DNA from: an uncultured Acidobacteriota bacterium
Lineage (GTDB): Bacteria > Acidobacteriota > Vicinamibacteria > Fen-336
DNA length: 64,000 bases
Direction of reading: 5' to 3'
Assembly (NCBI GenBank): GCA_963720545.1
Contig: OY970399.1
Span: 640,001 to 704,000, forward strand
The position numbers and the translations under genes are program-made. Positions 1 through 9,915 of this stretch are shown here, in pieces. The notes beneath the pieces were generated by a model, which saw only the letters and a program-made list of their open reading frames with translations, had not been told where the DNA came from and searched no databases. The stretch's first letter is position 1. Every line of letters begins with the position of its first letter.

Positions 1-341
1 ACCAGGCCGCCGGTGGGTCCACGCCAGAACACCCGGCCGCATGGGTTGGGCGGCACCCGGATTCGCAGCTGGTACGCCGCGGCGGGTAGGAGGCCTTCGA
101 TCAGAAAACTGAAGACGTGCGGATCGGACGTTCGGGAGATGACTGCCCGGGCCGCCGACGCTCCGCGCCGGGCATCCGTCAACGGCGGGGACGGCTCTGG
201 GGCCCTCTCTCCGGTGATGCTTGCGGCCAGCGGCACCGCTCGCAGCTGGACCTGCGTCGGCCGGAACCGGCAGCCGTTGACTTCAACTGTTCCTGAGACG
301 GACGTCGCGGCGATCGTGGCGATCAAGGATGTCCACAGCAC
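1..341 (-). CDS. Hypothetical, probably secreted protein (runs off window start)
   Basis: Hand translation from GTG at 341: MLWTSLIATIAATSVSGTVEVNGCRFRPTQVQLRAVPL..., open to position 1; purine-rich SD-like AAAAGGGGA upstream; hydrophobic N-terminus. Not in the ORF track because it lacks a stop in the window. Confidence 0.6.
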   Translation of the reverse strand, partial: MLWTSLIATIAATSVSGTVEVNGCRFRPTQVQLRAVPLAASITGERAPEPSPPLTDARRGASAARAVISRTSDPHVFSFLIEGLLPAAAYQLRIRVPPNPCGRVFWRGPTGGL

Positions 342-449
342 AGGTGATCCCCTTTTCAGGTTTCACGCGAAATCGCGCAAAAGGGGGCCATGGTCTGCTT
401 TCACCCCCTAGAATCCGTGCCTAGGCGTCCACCATTGTTCTTGCACCCT

Positions 450-1022
450 GTGTCGCCGGGTCCGCCCGGCGACATCACCCGGCTGCTGATCGCGTGGCAT
501 GAGGGCGACCCTGCCGCGGCCAGGGAGTTGTTCGCGCTCGTCTACGAGGAACTGCGTTTCCTCGCCCGCGGGCGGATCCGCCGCGGCCACGATCCGTCGC
601 TGGGGGCGACCGGGCTGGTGCACGAGGCGTACCTCAAGCTCGTGGACCATGAGCGCCTGGAACTGCGCGACCGCGGCCACTTCTTCGCGCTTGCCTCGCG
701 GGCCATGCGCCAGGTGCTCATCGATCGCGCCCGCCGCCGCGCCGCGGCAAAACGCGGCAGCGGCGCGCCACCGGCCGAACTGAGCGACGATGTGGGCGCA
801 CTGGATCGCGATCCTGACGAGATCCTGGCCTTGAACGATGCGCTGCTCCGCCTGGAAGCGCTCGATCCGCGCCTGGCGAAGCTCGTGGAAGTGCGCTTCT
901 TTGCTGGCTTGTCGGTGGAAGAGGCGGCGCAAACGCTCGACATGTCTCCGCGCACTGTCAAACGCGACTGGCAGAAGGCGCGCGCACTGTTGCACCGGTA
1001 CCTCGCCGCCAGCGAGCCGTGA
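450..1022 (+). CDS. ECF RNA polymerase sigma factor, kinase-associated TIGR02999/ECF43-like family
   Basis: DITRLLIAW...LFALVYEELR...ATGLVHEAYLKL...RGHFFALASRAMRQVLID...RFFAGLSVEEAA...TVKRDWQKARA; GTGA overlap with downstream kinase; start chosen at GTG 450. Confidence 0.93.
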   Translation: MSPGPPGDITRLLIAWHEGDPAAARELFALVYEELRFLARGRIRRGHDPSLGATGLVHEAYLKLVDHERLELRDRGHFFALASRAMRQVLIDRARRRAAAKRGSGAPPAELSDDVGALDRDPDEILALNDALLRLEALDPRLAKLVEVRFFAGLSVEEAAQTLDMSPRTVKRDWQKARALLHRYLAASEP

Positions 1023-3526
1023 GCGAGCTGCCGGACGCCGGGCGCTGGCGCAGCCTCGAGCCACTCCTCGACCGCTTGTTCGAGGCGGCCGACGAGGAGC
1101 GGCCGGCGCTCGCGGCCGCGCTCGGCGCCGAGCACCCCGAACACTCCGCCGAATTGCTGGCGCTCGCCGCGGCGGGGAGCGCGGCAGGCGTCCTCGACGT
1201 TCCGGTGGGCGCGTTCATCGACGAGCTGCAGCATGACGAAGACGCGGGCCTTCTCGGCACGTGCGTGGGCGCGTGGCGCCTGGTCTCCGTCCTCGGCCGC
1301 GGCGGCATGGGCATCGTCTACCTGGCCGAACGCGCCGGCGGCGACTTCCAGCAGCAAGGGGCGCTGAAGCTGCTGCGCCGCGGCGTCGACACCGATGAAG
1401 TGCTGGTGCGCTTCCGCCGCGAGCGCCGGATCCTGAGCCGGCTCGAGCATCGCCACATCGCGCGGCTCCTGGACGGCGGCGCCACTGCGGACGGCCGCCC
1501 GTACCTGGTGATGGAGCACGTCCCCGGCGTGCCGATCGTCGCGTGGTGCGACGCTCGCAGCGCCACGCTGGAAGAGCGGCTGCGCCTCTTCACCGACGTT
1601 TGCGGCGCAGTCGCGCATGCCCACCGCGCGCTGGTGGTGCACCGCGACCTCAAGCCCTCGAACATCCTGGTCACGGCCGGCGGCGAGGTGAAGCTGCTCG
1701 ATTTCGGCATCGCCAAGCTGCTCGGCGCGGAGGAGGACGAAGGCCCGGTGACGCGCGTGGGCGGACGGCCGATGACGCCGCGCTACGCGGCACCCGAACA
1801 GGTTGCGGGTGAACCGATCACCACCGCCACCGACACCTACGCCCTCGGCCTGATCCTGTACGAGCTGCTGGTGAGTGCTTCGCCTTATCGCCTGCGCGGC
1901 ACCACCGACGCGGAACTGGAGCGCGCCGTCGTCACCGGCGAAGTCGAGCCGCCATCGGCGCGTGTCGACGAGGCCGCGGCGTCCCGCCTCGCCACCTCGC
2001 GCGAACGGCTGCGGCGCACGCTGCGCGGCGACCTCGACTCGATCGTCCTCAAGGCACTGCGTCGCGAACCGGAGCGCCGCTACCCATCGGCAGAATCCCT
2101 GTCGCGCGACATCGGGCGGCATCGCGAGGGGCTGCCGGTAACGGCACGGCCCGACGCGCTCACCTACCGTGCGCGCAAGTTCATCCGCCGGCACGCCCTG
2201 GGCACGGCGATGGCGGCGTTGCTGCTGGCGTCGCTGCTGGCCGGGCTCGGCGCCGTCTCGTGGCAGGGCCGGCAAGCGCGCCGCGAACGCGATCGCGCCG
2301 AGCGCGTGTCGCGGTTCCTGGTGGAACTGTTCAACGCGCCGCACCCGCTCAGCACTGGCGGTCGCGACGTCTCGGCCCGGGAGATCGTCGATCGCGGCGC
2401 CGAACGGATCGAGAAGGAACTGGGCGCCGAACCGGCACTGCAGGGCGAACTCGCCGCCACCATGGCGCGCGTGTACCTGAGCCTCGGGCTCCTCGACCGG
2501 GCTGCGCGCCTCTACGAGCGTTCGAGCGCGCATTGGGAGCGCGCCGAAGGCTTCCCCGGCAGCGCGACGCTCGCGGCACGGGCGGGCCTCGCCAACACCC
2601 TGGTTCGCGCCGGCCAGTTCCAGCGCGGCCTCGCGCTCTTCGAGCAGACGCTCGGCGCACAGCGGCGGCTCCTCGGCCCGCGCCACGAGGACACGCTGCG
2701 CAGCATGAACGATCTTGCGTTCTGGTACGGCGAGACCGGCAGGCATGGCGAGGCGGTGCCGCTGGTGCGCGAAGTGCTGCGCCACCGCCAGGCGACGCTC
2801 GGCGGCGAGCACTACGACACGCTGTGGTCGGCCAACGACCTGGCCGTCGCCTACATTCGTGTCGGGCGCGGCCAGGACGCAGCGGCACTGCTGGAGCCCG
2901 CGATCGCGACCTGGCGCCGCACGCAGCGCCGCACTCCCGATACCTTCCTCGACAACCTTGCCGACGCCTACCGCGGGCTGGGGCGGGTCGCCGAAGCCCG
3001 CCAGATCAGCGACGAAGTGGTCGAACACCGCCTGAAGCTGTTCGGAGCGGAACACCCGCAGACGCTGGTGGCGCAGCGCAATCTCTCCGTGTTGCTCGCC
3101 GCGGAAGGACGCATCGACGAGAGCCAGGCGCTCGTCGAGCGAGCGCTCGCCGGGCTCTTGAAGGTCTTCGGCGAGGATCATTACGAAACCCTTGCCGCGC
3201 GGCTCGCCATGGCCAACGTGCATTGGCGGCGGGGCCGCTTCGACGACGCCGAACGCGAGCTCGTGGCGCTGCACGCCGCCATGGCTCGCGCCCTGCCCGG
3301 CGGCCATCCGCTCATCGGCAGCAGTCTCGTCGCGCTCGCCACCTTGCGAGCGACGCGCGGCAACGAAGCGGGCGCCATCGCGGCCTTGCAGGACGCTACT
3401 CGCGAGGGCTATGCGAACCCTTTTGCGCTGGGAGCCGAGCCGGCGCTGCAACCGCTGCGGCAACGGCCCGATTTTGCCCCGATCGTGGCCTCCGCCAGGG
3501 CCAACGCCGGAGCCGCCCTCGAATGA
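1019..3526 (+). CDS. Membrane Ser/Thr protein kinase with C-terminal TPR repeats
   Basis: GRGGMG, ALK, HRDLKPSN, DFG, YAAPE motifs; one TM helix; kinesin-light-chain-like TPRs (LGPRHEDTLRSMNDLA, LGGEHYDTLWSANDLA). Confidence 0.95.
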   Translation: MSELPDAGRWRSLEPLLDRLFEAADEERPALAAALGAEHPEHSAELLALAAAGSAAGVLDVPVGAFIDELQHDEDAGLLGTCVGAWRLVSVLGRGGMGIVYLAERAGGDFQQQGALKLLRRGVDTDEVLVRFRRERRILSRLEHRHIARLLDGGATADGRPYLVMEHVPGVPIVAWCDARSATLEERLRLFTDVCGAVAHAHRALVVHRDLKPSNILVTAGGEVKLLDFGIAKLLGAEEDEGPVTRVGGRPMTPRYAAPEQVAGEPITTATDTYALGLILYELLVSASPYRLRGTTDAELERAVVTGEVEPPSARVDEAAASRLATSRERLRRTLRGDLDSIVLKALRREPERRYPSAESLSRDIGRHREGLPVTARPDALTYRARKFIRRHALGTAMAALLLASLLAGLGAVSWQGRQARRERDRAERVSRFLVELFNAPHPLSTGGRDVSAREIVDRGAERIEKELGAEPALQGELAATMARVYLSLGLLDRAARLYERSSAHWERAEGFPGSATLAARAGLANTLVRAGQFQRGLALFEQTLGAQRRLLGPRHEDTLRSMNDLAFWYGETGRHGEAVPLVREVLRHRQATLGGEHYDTLWSANDLAVAYIRVGRGQDAAALLEPAIATWRRTQRRTPDTFLDNLADAYRGLGRVAEARQISDEVVEHRLKLFGAEHPQTLVAQRNLSVLLAAEGRIDESQALVERALAGLLKVFGEDHYETLAARLAMANVHWRRGRFDDAERELVALHAAMARALPGGHPLIGSSLVALATLRATRGNEAGAIAALQDATREGYANPFALGAEPALQPLRQRPDFAPIVASARANAGAALE

Positions 3527-3527
3527 G

Positions 3528-4827
3528 CTACGGATAGATCCGGTAAAGCATGCGCGGGAAGGCGATCGTCTCGCGCAAGTGTTCGATGCCGCACATCCAG
3601 GTGACGAAGCGCTCGATGCCCATGCCGAAGCCGGCGTGCGGTGTGGTGCCGTAGCGGCGCAGGTCGAGGTACCAGCGGAACGCTTCCTCAGGCAGCTGGT
3701 GGTCGCGCAGCCGCTGCAGCAGCAGCTCGCCGTCGCTGATGCGTTCGCCGCCGCCGACGATCTCGCCGTAACCCTCGGGCGCGAGGATGTCCGCCGACAG
3801 CGAGTACTTCGGGTCTTTCGGATCCGGCTCCATGTAGAACGCCTTGATCGCCGCCGGGAAGCGGTGCACGATCACCGGCGTGTCGTAGGCCTCGGCGATG
3901 ATCGTCTCGTCGGTGCCGCCGAAGTCGCTGCCCCACTCGGTCGTCGAACCCTTGGCGCGGATCAGCGCGATGGCGTCGTCGTAGTGCAGCCATGGGAAGG
4001 GCGCGCTGCACCTTCTCGAGGCGGGCCGGGTCGCGCTCCAGGGTCTTGAGCTCCGCGGCGTTGCGCGTCGCCAGCACGCGCCTGCGCCGCGTGCGCGATC
4101 ATGCCCTCGGCCACCGCCATCGCGTTTTCGAGGTGCGCGAACGCCATCTCCGGCTCGACCATCCAGAACTCGGTGAGGTGGCGGCGCGTCTTCGACTTCT
4201 CGGCGCGGAAGGTCGGGCCGAAGCAGTAGACGTTGCCGTGCGCCGCGGCGGTCGCCTCGTTGTAGAGCTGGCCGCTCTGCGTCAGGTACGCGGTGCCTTC
4301 GTCGAAATACGGGACGCCGAACAGCGTCGTCGTGCCCTCGCAGGCGGCTGGCGTGAAGATCGGCGTGTCCACGAGCAGGAAGCCGGCGTCGTCCAGGTAG
4401 TCGCGCACTGCCTTGACCACCGTGTGGCGGATGCGTGCGATCGCGTGCTGCCGCGGCGAGCGCAGCCACAGGTGGCGGTTCTCCATGAGGAACGCGGTGC
4501 CGTGCTCCTTCGGCGTGATCGGGTACTCGCTGGTGGCGCCGACGACGCGCAGTGCTTCGACGTCGAGCTCGAAGCCGCCCGGAGCGCGGGCATCGGCGCT
4601 GCACCTTGCCACGGACCTCGAGCGACGTTTCCTGGCCGAGGTGCTCGGCGGCCTCCCAGGTTTCCGGCGTCCACGGCCGCTTTCGCGATCACCGCCTGCG
4701 CGAAGCCGCTGCCGTCGCGGATCGTCAGGAACTGGATTTTGCCGCTCGGCCGCCGGTTGTGCACCCAGCCGGAGACGGTCACTTCCTCGCCGACATGGCC
4801 GGCAAAGTCGCTGATGCGCACGCTCAT
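3528..4827 (-). CDS. asnS: Asparagine--tRNA ligase, split by four apparent +1 frameshifts
   Basis: OB fold ([22 protein letters not shown]), [57 protein letters not shown], spread over three frames; shifts near 4665, 4599, 4081 and 4005. Confidence 0.93.
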
Positions 4828-4856
4828 CGTTTATCTGGTCCTCAGGTTTCTACGGT

Positions 4857-5856
4857 TCAGGCGAGTTCTTCGATGTGCCGCGCGAGCACCCGGCGCAACG
4901 CGTCCTGCTCGGGGTGGCGCGCCAGGTTGGCGCGCAGGTGCGCGAGGGTGCGCGGCACGTACTGGAGATAGACCGGATTGCCGCGCACCGTGGCCATGTA
5001 GCCGAAGGTGCCGAGCGCCTTCAGGTTGCGCTGCATCGCCGTCAGGTCGAAGCGCCGCATGAAGGCGCCGCGCTCCTCGCCCGGCACCGCTTTCTGGCGA
5101 AAGCTCCTCGGCAAGCTCGGCAACCGAACCCTTCTCGATGTCGACGTATGAATCCTTGAGGAGCGACACCAGGTCGTACGTGGCCGGACCCATGCGCGCG
5201 TCCTGGAAGTCGATCCAGTAGAGAAGGCCCTCGTGCAGCATCAGGTTGCGGCTGTGGAAATCGCGGTGGCACAGCACCTGCGGCCAGGAGGCGATCTCGG
5301 CCGACAGGCCGTGGAAGCTCTCGCCGAGCGCCGAGCGGTCGCCGACTCCCAGGTCGCGCTCGCGCAGGCCCTCGAGGAAGTGCTTGACGAAATAGTGCAG
5401 CTCCCACGAGAGCTTCTCGATGTCGAAGGCGACGCCGAAGCAGGCCGCTGTCTGCGGGCCGCGGCCCGCCTCGAGCTGCAGTCGCGCGAGGTCGGAGATG
5501 GCGGTCTTGTAGAGCGCCAGGACCTTGCGGTGCGGGGTGTCCGCGAGCACCGACTGCAGCATCCGGTCGCCGAGGTCCTGCTGCACCACGATGCCGCGCT
5601 GCGGGTCTTCGTCCTCGATGCGCGGCGTCGGGATGCCCCATGCGAGCAGCAGCCGCTGCATGACGCTGAACGGCAGCTCGTCGGCGATGAACGGTTCCGG
5701 ATAGACGGAGACGACGGCTGCGAGGCCGGGGCCGGAGACCCGATAGTAGCGCCGCGTCGAGGCATCGCCGGCGAGCACTTCCACCGCCGCTCCCTGATGG
5801 CCGCGGGAGCGAAGGTAGTCCTCGAGGCGGCGATCGGCGGCCGCCGCGGTCTTCAC
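4857..5856 (-). CDS. APH-family phosphotransferase, AmgK-like anomeric MurNAc/GlcNAc kinase (one +1 frameshift near 5104)
   Basis: LAGDASTRRYYR, QDLGD, CHRDFHSRNLM, IDFQDARMGP, QRNLKALGTFGY; next to a nucleotidyltransferase; GTGA overlap start. Confidence 0.85.
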
Positions 5857-6830
5857 CCGATTCTCGCCCAACGCTCCCGGCCCCCGATCTTGAGGATCAC
5901 CTTGCCCGTCTTGCGGCGCCGCGCCGCGACGGTGACCCCGCTAGCCACGATACAACCGCGGATGCCGGCGCCGGAACCGACGGTGACGTCGCTCCACAGG
6001 ACGCTGTCGCGGACGCTCGCTCCCGCGCCGATCACCACCCGTTCGCCCACCACCGACCGCACCACGCTGGCGCTTGGGTCGACGCGCGCGCTGCGGTCGA
6101 TGAGGCGGCGCTTGCGGATGCTGCCTTTGCCGTGGCGCAGCAAGGCGCTGTGCGACTCCAGATAGCGCGCCGGGTCGCTGAGGTCGAACCACGGACCGCT
6201 CACCCGCACCCCGATGAGCTTCTCACCCTCGGCCAGCAAAGGGATGTAGAGCTCCGCGATCAGGTCGGAGGCGCCCGGTGGCAGGCGCTCGAGGCAGGCC
6301 GGGTCCACGACCTGCACCCCGGTGAACATGCCGACCGCGCCGCGTTGCCCCACGGGCTTGCGGCGAATCGACAGGATGCGGCCGTCACGGCCGGTGATCA
6401 CCGGTCCGTAGTGGCGCGGATCGGGGTTCGGCTTCAGCGCCAGCGTGGCGGTGGCGCCGGAGCGCGCATGGCGCTTCATCAAGGCGCGCAGGTCGAAGTC
6501 GAAGTACATGTCGCCGTTCACCAGCAGGAACGGGTTGCTGCCGAAGAAATGGCGCACGCTGCGCGGGCCGCCGCCCGAGCCGAGGATCCGGCGTTCGTGC
6601 GAGTAGCAGATGCGCACGCCGAACTCCTCGCCGCTGCCGACCGCGTCGCGCACCGACGCCGGCAGGTAGTGGAGGTTGATGACCACATCGCGGAAGCCGT
6701 CGCGCGCGAGCCGTTGCAGCGTCCAGTGCAGGAGCGGCCGGTTCAGCACCGGCAGCACGGGCTTGGCGCGCAGGTTGCTGAGCGGCCGCATGCGTTGCCC
6801 GAGGCCGGCCGCCAGGATCATGGCTTTCAT
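5853..6830 (-). CDS. NDP-sugar pyrophosphorylase/nucleotidyltransferase (MurU-like) with C-terminal hexapeptide repeats
   Basis: MKAMILAAGLGQRMRPLS..KPVLPV, INLHYL, GSGGG, VNGD; left-handed beta-helix-like repeats at the C-terminus. Confidence 0.88.
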   Translation of the reverse strand: MKAMILAAGLGQRMRPLSNLRAKPVLPVLNRPLLHWTLQRLARDGFRDVVINLHYLPASVRDAVGSGEEFGVRICYSHERRILGSGGGPRSVRHFFGSNPFLLVNGDMYFDFDLRALMKRHARSGATATLALKPNPDPRHYGPVITGRDGRILSIRRKPVGQRGAVGMFTGVQVVDPACLERLPPGASDLIAELYIPLLAEGEKLIGVRVSGPWFDLSDPARYLESHSALLRHGKGSIRKRRLIDRSARVDPSASVVRSVVGERVVIGAGASVRDSVLWSDVTVGSGAGIRGCIVASGVTVAARRRKTGKVILKIGGRERWARIG

Positions 6831-7372
6831 TCCCGGAACACCATGTCGCCGGTGCCGCCGCGCTCCGCGTGCAGCTGCGCGTACGACTCCGCGATGTAGT
6901 CCGCGGCGGTGACGCCGAGTGCCGCCGTCGCCGCGTGGATCGTCGCCACGGGGCCTTCGATCTCGATGTAAACCCCGACCGGGGTCTCGTCGAGCGTGAC
7001 GTTGGCGTCACGCCACGTGAATTCGGCGCGATACTTCTGGTAGCGAAAGACCGGAACAAAACCGAGGCGGCCGAGAATCTCTTCGAGCACCGCGGCATCA
7101 CCCGCCGTCGTCTCGATCTCTTCACGGACCTTGATGCCGTCTCGCACCTCGCCGCGGCCCTTGAAGGTGAGGATGGCGCCGCCGGCGAAACGACGCAGCC
7201 GCAGCAGCTCGCCGCCGGTTCGCAGGCTGCGCTCCCGATCGAAGACGATGTTGTCCTCGAACGCACGTTCCTGGACGCAGCGCGCGCCCAGCTCGTCGAG
7301 GCGACGGCGGGCGCTCGGCACATCGGCCATGCGCACCTTGATCTCGCTTTCGACGTTGCCGGCTGTCGTCAC
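6827..7372 (-). CDS. CYTH-domain protein (class IV adenylate cyclase-like)
   Basis: ExExK motif (ESEIK), LLRLRR, LTFKG, REEIET, YQKYR, LDETPVGVYIEIEG; GTGA overlap start at 7372. Confidence 0.88.
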   Translation of the reverse strand: MTTAGNVESEIKVRMADVPSARRRLDELGARCVQERAFEDNIVFDRERSLRTGGELLRLRRFAGGAILTFKGRGEVRDGIKVREEIETTAGDAAVLEEILGRLGFVPVFRYQKYRAEFTWRDANVTLDETPVGVYIEIEGPVATIHAATAALGVTAADYIAESYAQLHAERGGTGDMVFRE

Positions 7373-8724
7373 CTGACACCCCGCTGCTTGCCCGCCGAGC
7401 CGATGCGTTCGAGCGCGCGGTCCACGTCTTCCTGGAAACGGCTGTCGCCGATGCCGAGCAGCAGCTTGCGGGCTTCCTCGCGGCGGCCGAGTGCCGCGAG
7501 GCACAGCGCGCGGTTGTAGTCGGCTTCTGGCAGCAACAGCGTGCCGTCCCAGCGTGCCGCTATGGCGGTGAAGAGGCGCAGCGCTTCGGCTGGCTGCTTG
7601 GCGTCGAAGGCCTGGCTCGCGGCCGTCACCTCATCCGCGGGCGCGCCGTTCTCGGCCGGGGCGAGGCCGTTTGGGAGCAGTGCCGACGAAGCGCCGGCGA
7701 CGGGCGGCGCCGGCGGGCGGCGGCTCCAGTTCGCACGCGGCACGGTCTCTCGCACGTCGGTGCGCGCCAGCGCTTCGAGCACCTGCGGCAGCGACTGGTC
7801 GAACGGCGACGGTACGGTGACGATGACGAACGTGTTGCGCGCGGCCACCAGCACCCCCGGTGGTGTCGAGCCAAGAGCCGCCTGCAGCCCCGGGCCGAGC
7901 AGCACCGGCCAGTCGTAGTGATAGAGCGAGAGGCTGCGGCGCAGGGCGGTGTCGTCATCGCGCGACGCTGGCACCATCAGCACCTGGGCGTCGGCGGGCG
8001 CAGCGCGCTTCAGCGCCTCGAGATCTTTCGAGCAGCTGCGGCACGAGGCGTCGGCGAGGTAGAAGACCGTGAGCGGTGCCGCGTCGAGGCGCAGCAATGC
8101 GCCGGAAGAGAGTCGGGCGTTCGGCGGAACGGCGAGCGGGCCGTAGCGAAAGGCTGCCTGCGCCCCGAGCGGTTCGAGGCGCTTGCGGTCGATCTCGGCC
8201 TGCACCGATGGCAGCCCGGCTGCGTCGACCGCGGATTGCAGGGCGGCGAGGTCCTCTGCGGGAATGGCAGCGCGGGTCACCGCGGAGAGCAGCACACCGC
8301 GTGCGTCGCGGGCGCGGCCGGCGCGCACCAGGGCCTCGCCCAGTTGGCCGCGCGACCGTGCGGGATCGAGTTCGGCAGCGCGCGCCAGGAAGCGCGCGGC
8401 CTCGGCGTTCTGCGCCGCGGCGCCCAGCACCTCACCCATCGCCGCGTACAGCTTCGCACGATGCCGCCGGTAAGCAGTGCGCGCTGCGAGGAATTCGTCT
8501 TCGAGCACTTCGCCCTTGCGGCCCGCCTTGGCGAACCGCATCGGGTCGAAGACCCGGGTCAGCTCCAGGGCCCGGCGCGCGTCGTCGCGCGCGGCTGCCG
8601 GCGCTGCTGTCGCGCGGGCCACGGCTGTCGCGGCGAGCCGCTCCGCCTCGTCGACCGGGCTGGGCGCGGGTGCGGCCGCGGAGAGCACGGCACCAATGAC
8701 GACAGCACAATGAAAAGGAGCCAC
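7369..8724 (-). CDS. Secreted TPR protein with central thioredoxin-like CxxC region
   Basis: Signal-peptide-like N-terminus, TPR-like helices, VFYLADASCRSCSKDLE motif. Confidence 0.65.
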   Translation of the reverse strand: MAPFHCAVVIGAVLSAAAPAPSPVDEAERLAATAVARATAAPAAARDDARRALELTRVFDPMRFAKAGRKGEVLEDEFLAARTAYRRHRAKLYAAMGEVLGAAAQNAEAARFLARAAELDPARSRGQLGEALVRAGRARDARGVLLSAVTRAAIPAEDLAALQSAVDAAGLPSVQAEIDRKRLEPLGAQAAFRYGPLAVPPNARLSSGALLRLDAAPLTVFYLADASCRSCSKDLEALKRAAPADAQVLMVPASRDDDTALRRSLSLYHYDWPVLLGPGLQAALGSTPPGVLVAARNTFVIVTVPSPFDQSLPQVLEALARTDVRETVPRANWSRRPPAPPVAGASSALLPNGLAPAENGAPADEVTAASQAFDAKQPAEALRLFTAIAARWDGTLLLPEADYNRALCLAALGRREEARKLLLGIGDSRFQEDVDRALERIGSAGKQRGVR

Positions 8725-8739
8725 GAAGGCCGCCTGCTT

Positions 8740-9915
8740 TTAGCGCGCCGGCGCGGCCGAGCGCAGCCGGGCGAGCCGTCGTTCTGCCTCGTCGAGGGTC
8801 GCGTCCTTCTTGCAGAACGCGAACCGCACCTGCCGCGAGCCGTCGGCCGCATCCTTATAGAAGGAAGAGCCCGGCACCACGGCGACCCCGATCGTTTCCA
8901 CCATGTGGCGCGCGAACGCCACGTCGTCGGCGAAACCGAACGCGTCGATCTCGGTCATCGTGTAGTAGGCGCCCTGGGGCTTGTGCACCCTGAAGCCGGC
9001 CTGCTCGAGGACCGGCAGCAGGCGGTCACGGCGGCGGCGATAACCCTCGGCGAGCGCCGTGTAGTAGCTGTCCGGAAGCGCCAGCGCCATGGCGCCGGCT
9101 TCCTGCAACGGCGCGGCGGCGCCGACCGTCAGGAAGTCGTGCACCTTGCGGATCGCGCCCGACAGCGCCTCCGGCGCAATCGCCCAGCCGACCCGCCAGC
9201 CGGTGACGCCGTAGGTCTTGCTCATGCCGTTGATGGTGATGGTGCGCTCCGCCATGCCGGGCAGGCTCGCGATCGGAATGTGCACCGCGCCGTCGTAGAG
9301 GATGTGCTCGTAGATCTCGTCGGTGACCGCAACGGCGTCGTGCTCGATGCAGAGTGCGGCGATGAACTCGAGCTCCTCGCGGCTGAACACCTTGCCCGTC
9401 GGGTTGTTGGGAGTGTTGATGACGATTGCGCGGGTGCGCGGGCCGAAGGCCCTGCGCAGCTCGTCGCGGTCGAAGTCCCAGTGCGGCGCGCGCAGCCTCA
9501 CGAAGCGCGGCACCGCCCCCGAGAGGATCGCGTCCGGCCCGTAGTTCTCGTAGAACGGCTCGAACACCACCAGCTCGTCGCCAGGATTGAGGAACGCCAT
9601 CAGCGCCGCCATGATCGCCTCGGTCGAGCCGCAGGTCACGGTGACGTGGCGCTCCGGATCCACCGGCACGCCGTACAGGCGCTCGAACTTCGCGGCGATC
9701 GCATCGCGCAGCGACTTGGCGCCCCAGGTGATCGCGTACTGGTTGACGTCGGCGTCGATCGCGCGGCGCGCCGCGTCCTTGATCTCTTCGGGCGCCGGGA
9801 AGTCGGGAAAGCCCTGCGACAGGTTGACGGCGCCGTGCAGGTTCGCAAGCCGCGTCATCTCGCGGATGACCGACTCGGTGAACCGCGCCGCCTTCTCGGA
9901 CGCGCGCACGCTCAT
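8740..9915 (-). CDS. PLP-dependent aminotransferase class I/II
   Basis: NLSQGFPDF, NTPNNPTGKVF, DEIYEHI, SKTYGVTGWRVGW, RFAFCK. Confidence 0.95.
   Translation of the reverse strand: MSVRASEKAARFTESVIREMTRLANLHGAVNLSQGFPDFPAPEEIKDAARRAIDADVNQYAITWGAKSLRDAIAAKFERLYGVPVDPERHVTVTCGSTEAIMAALMAFLNPGDELVVFEPFYENYGPDAILSGAVPRFVRLRAPHWDFDRDELRRAFGPRTRAIVINTPNNPTGKVFSREELEFIAALCIEHDAVAVTDEIYEHILYDGAVHIPIASLPGMAERTITINGMSKTYGVTGWRVGWAIAPEALSGAIRKVHDFLTVGAAAPLQEAGAMALALPDSYYTALAEGYRRRRDRLLPVLEQAGFRVHKPQGAYYTMTEIDAFGFADDVAFARHMVETIGVAVVPGSSFYKDAADGSRQVRFAFCKKDATLDEAERRLARLRSAAPAR

Noticed and set aside
542..3463. 973-aa antisense ORF and other long shadow ORFs (e.g. 7918-10674, 14439-16472, 62035-63864)
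   Set aside because: They lie opposite well-supported genes, have no motifs, and are expected in high-GC DNA.
3528..4827. Programmed frameshifting or a true pseudogene in asnS
   Set aside because: No slippery sites; all lesions are single extra bases like those in two unrelated genes, which fits sequencing error better.
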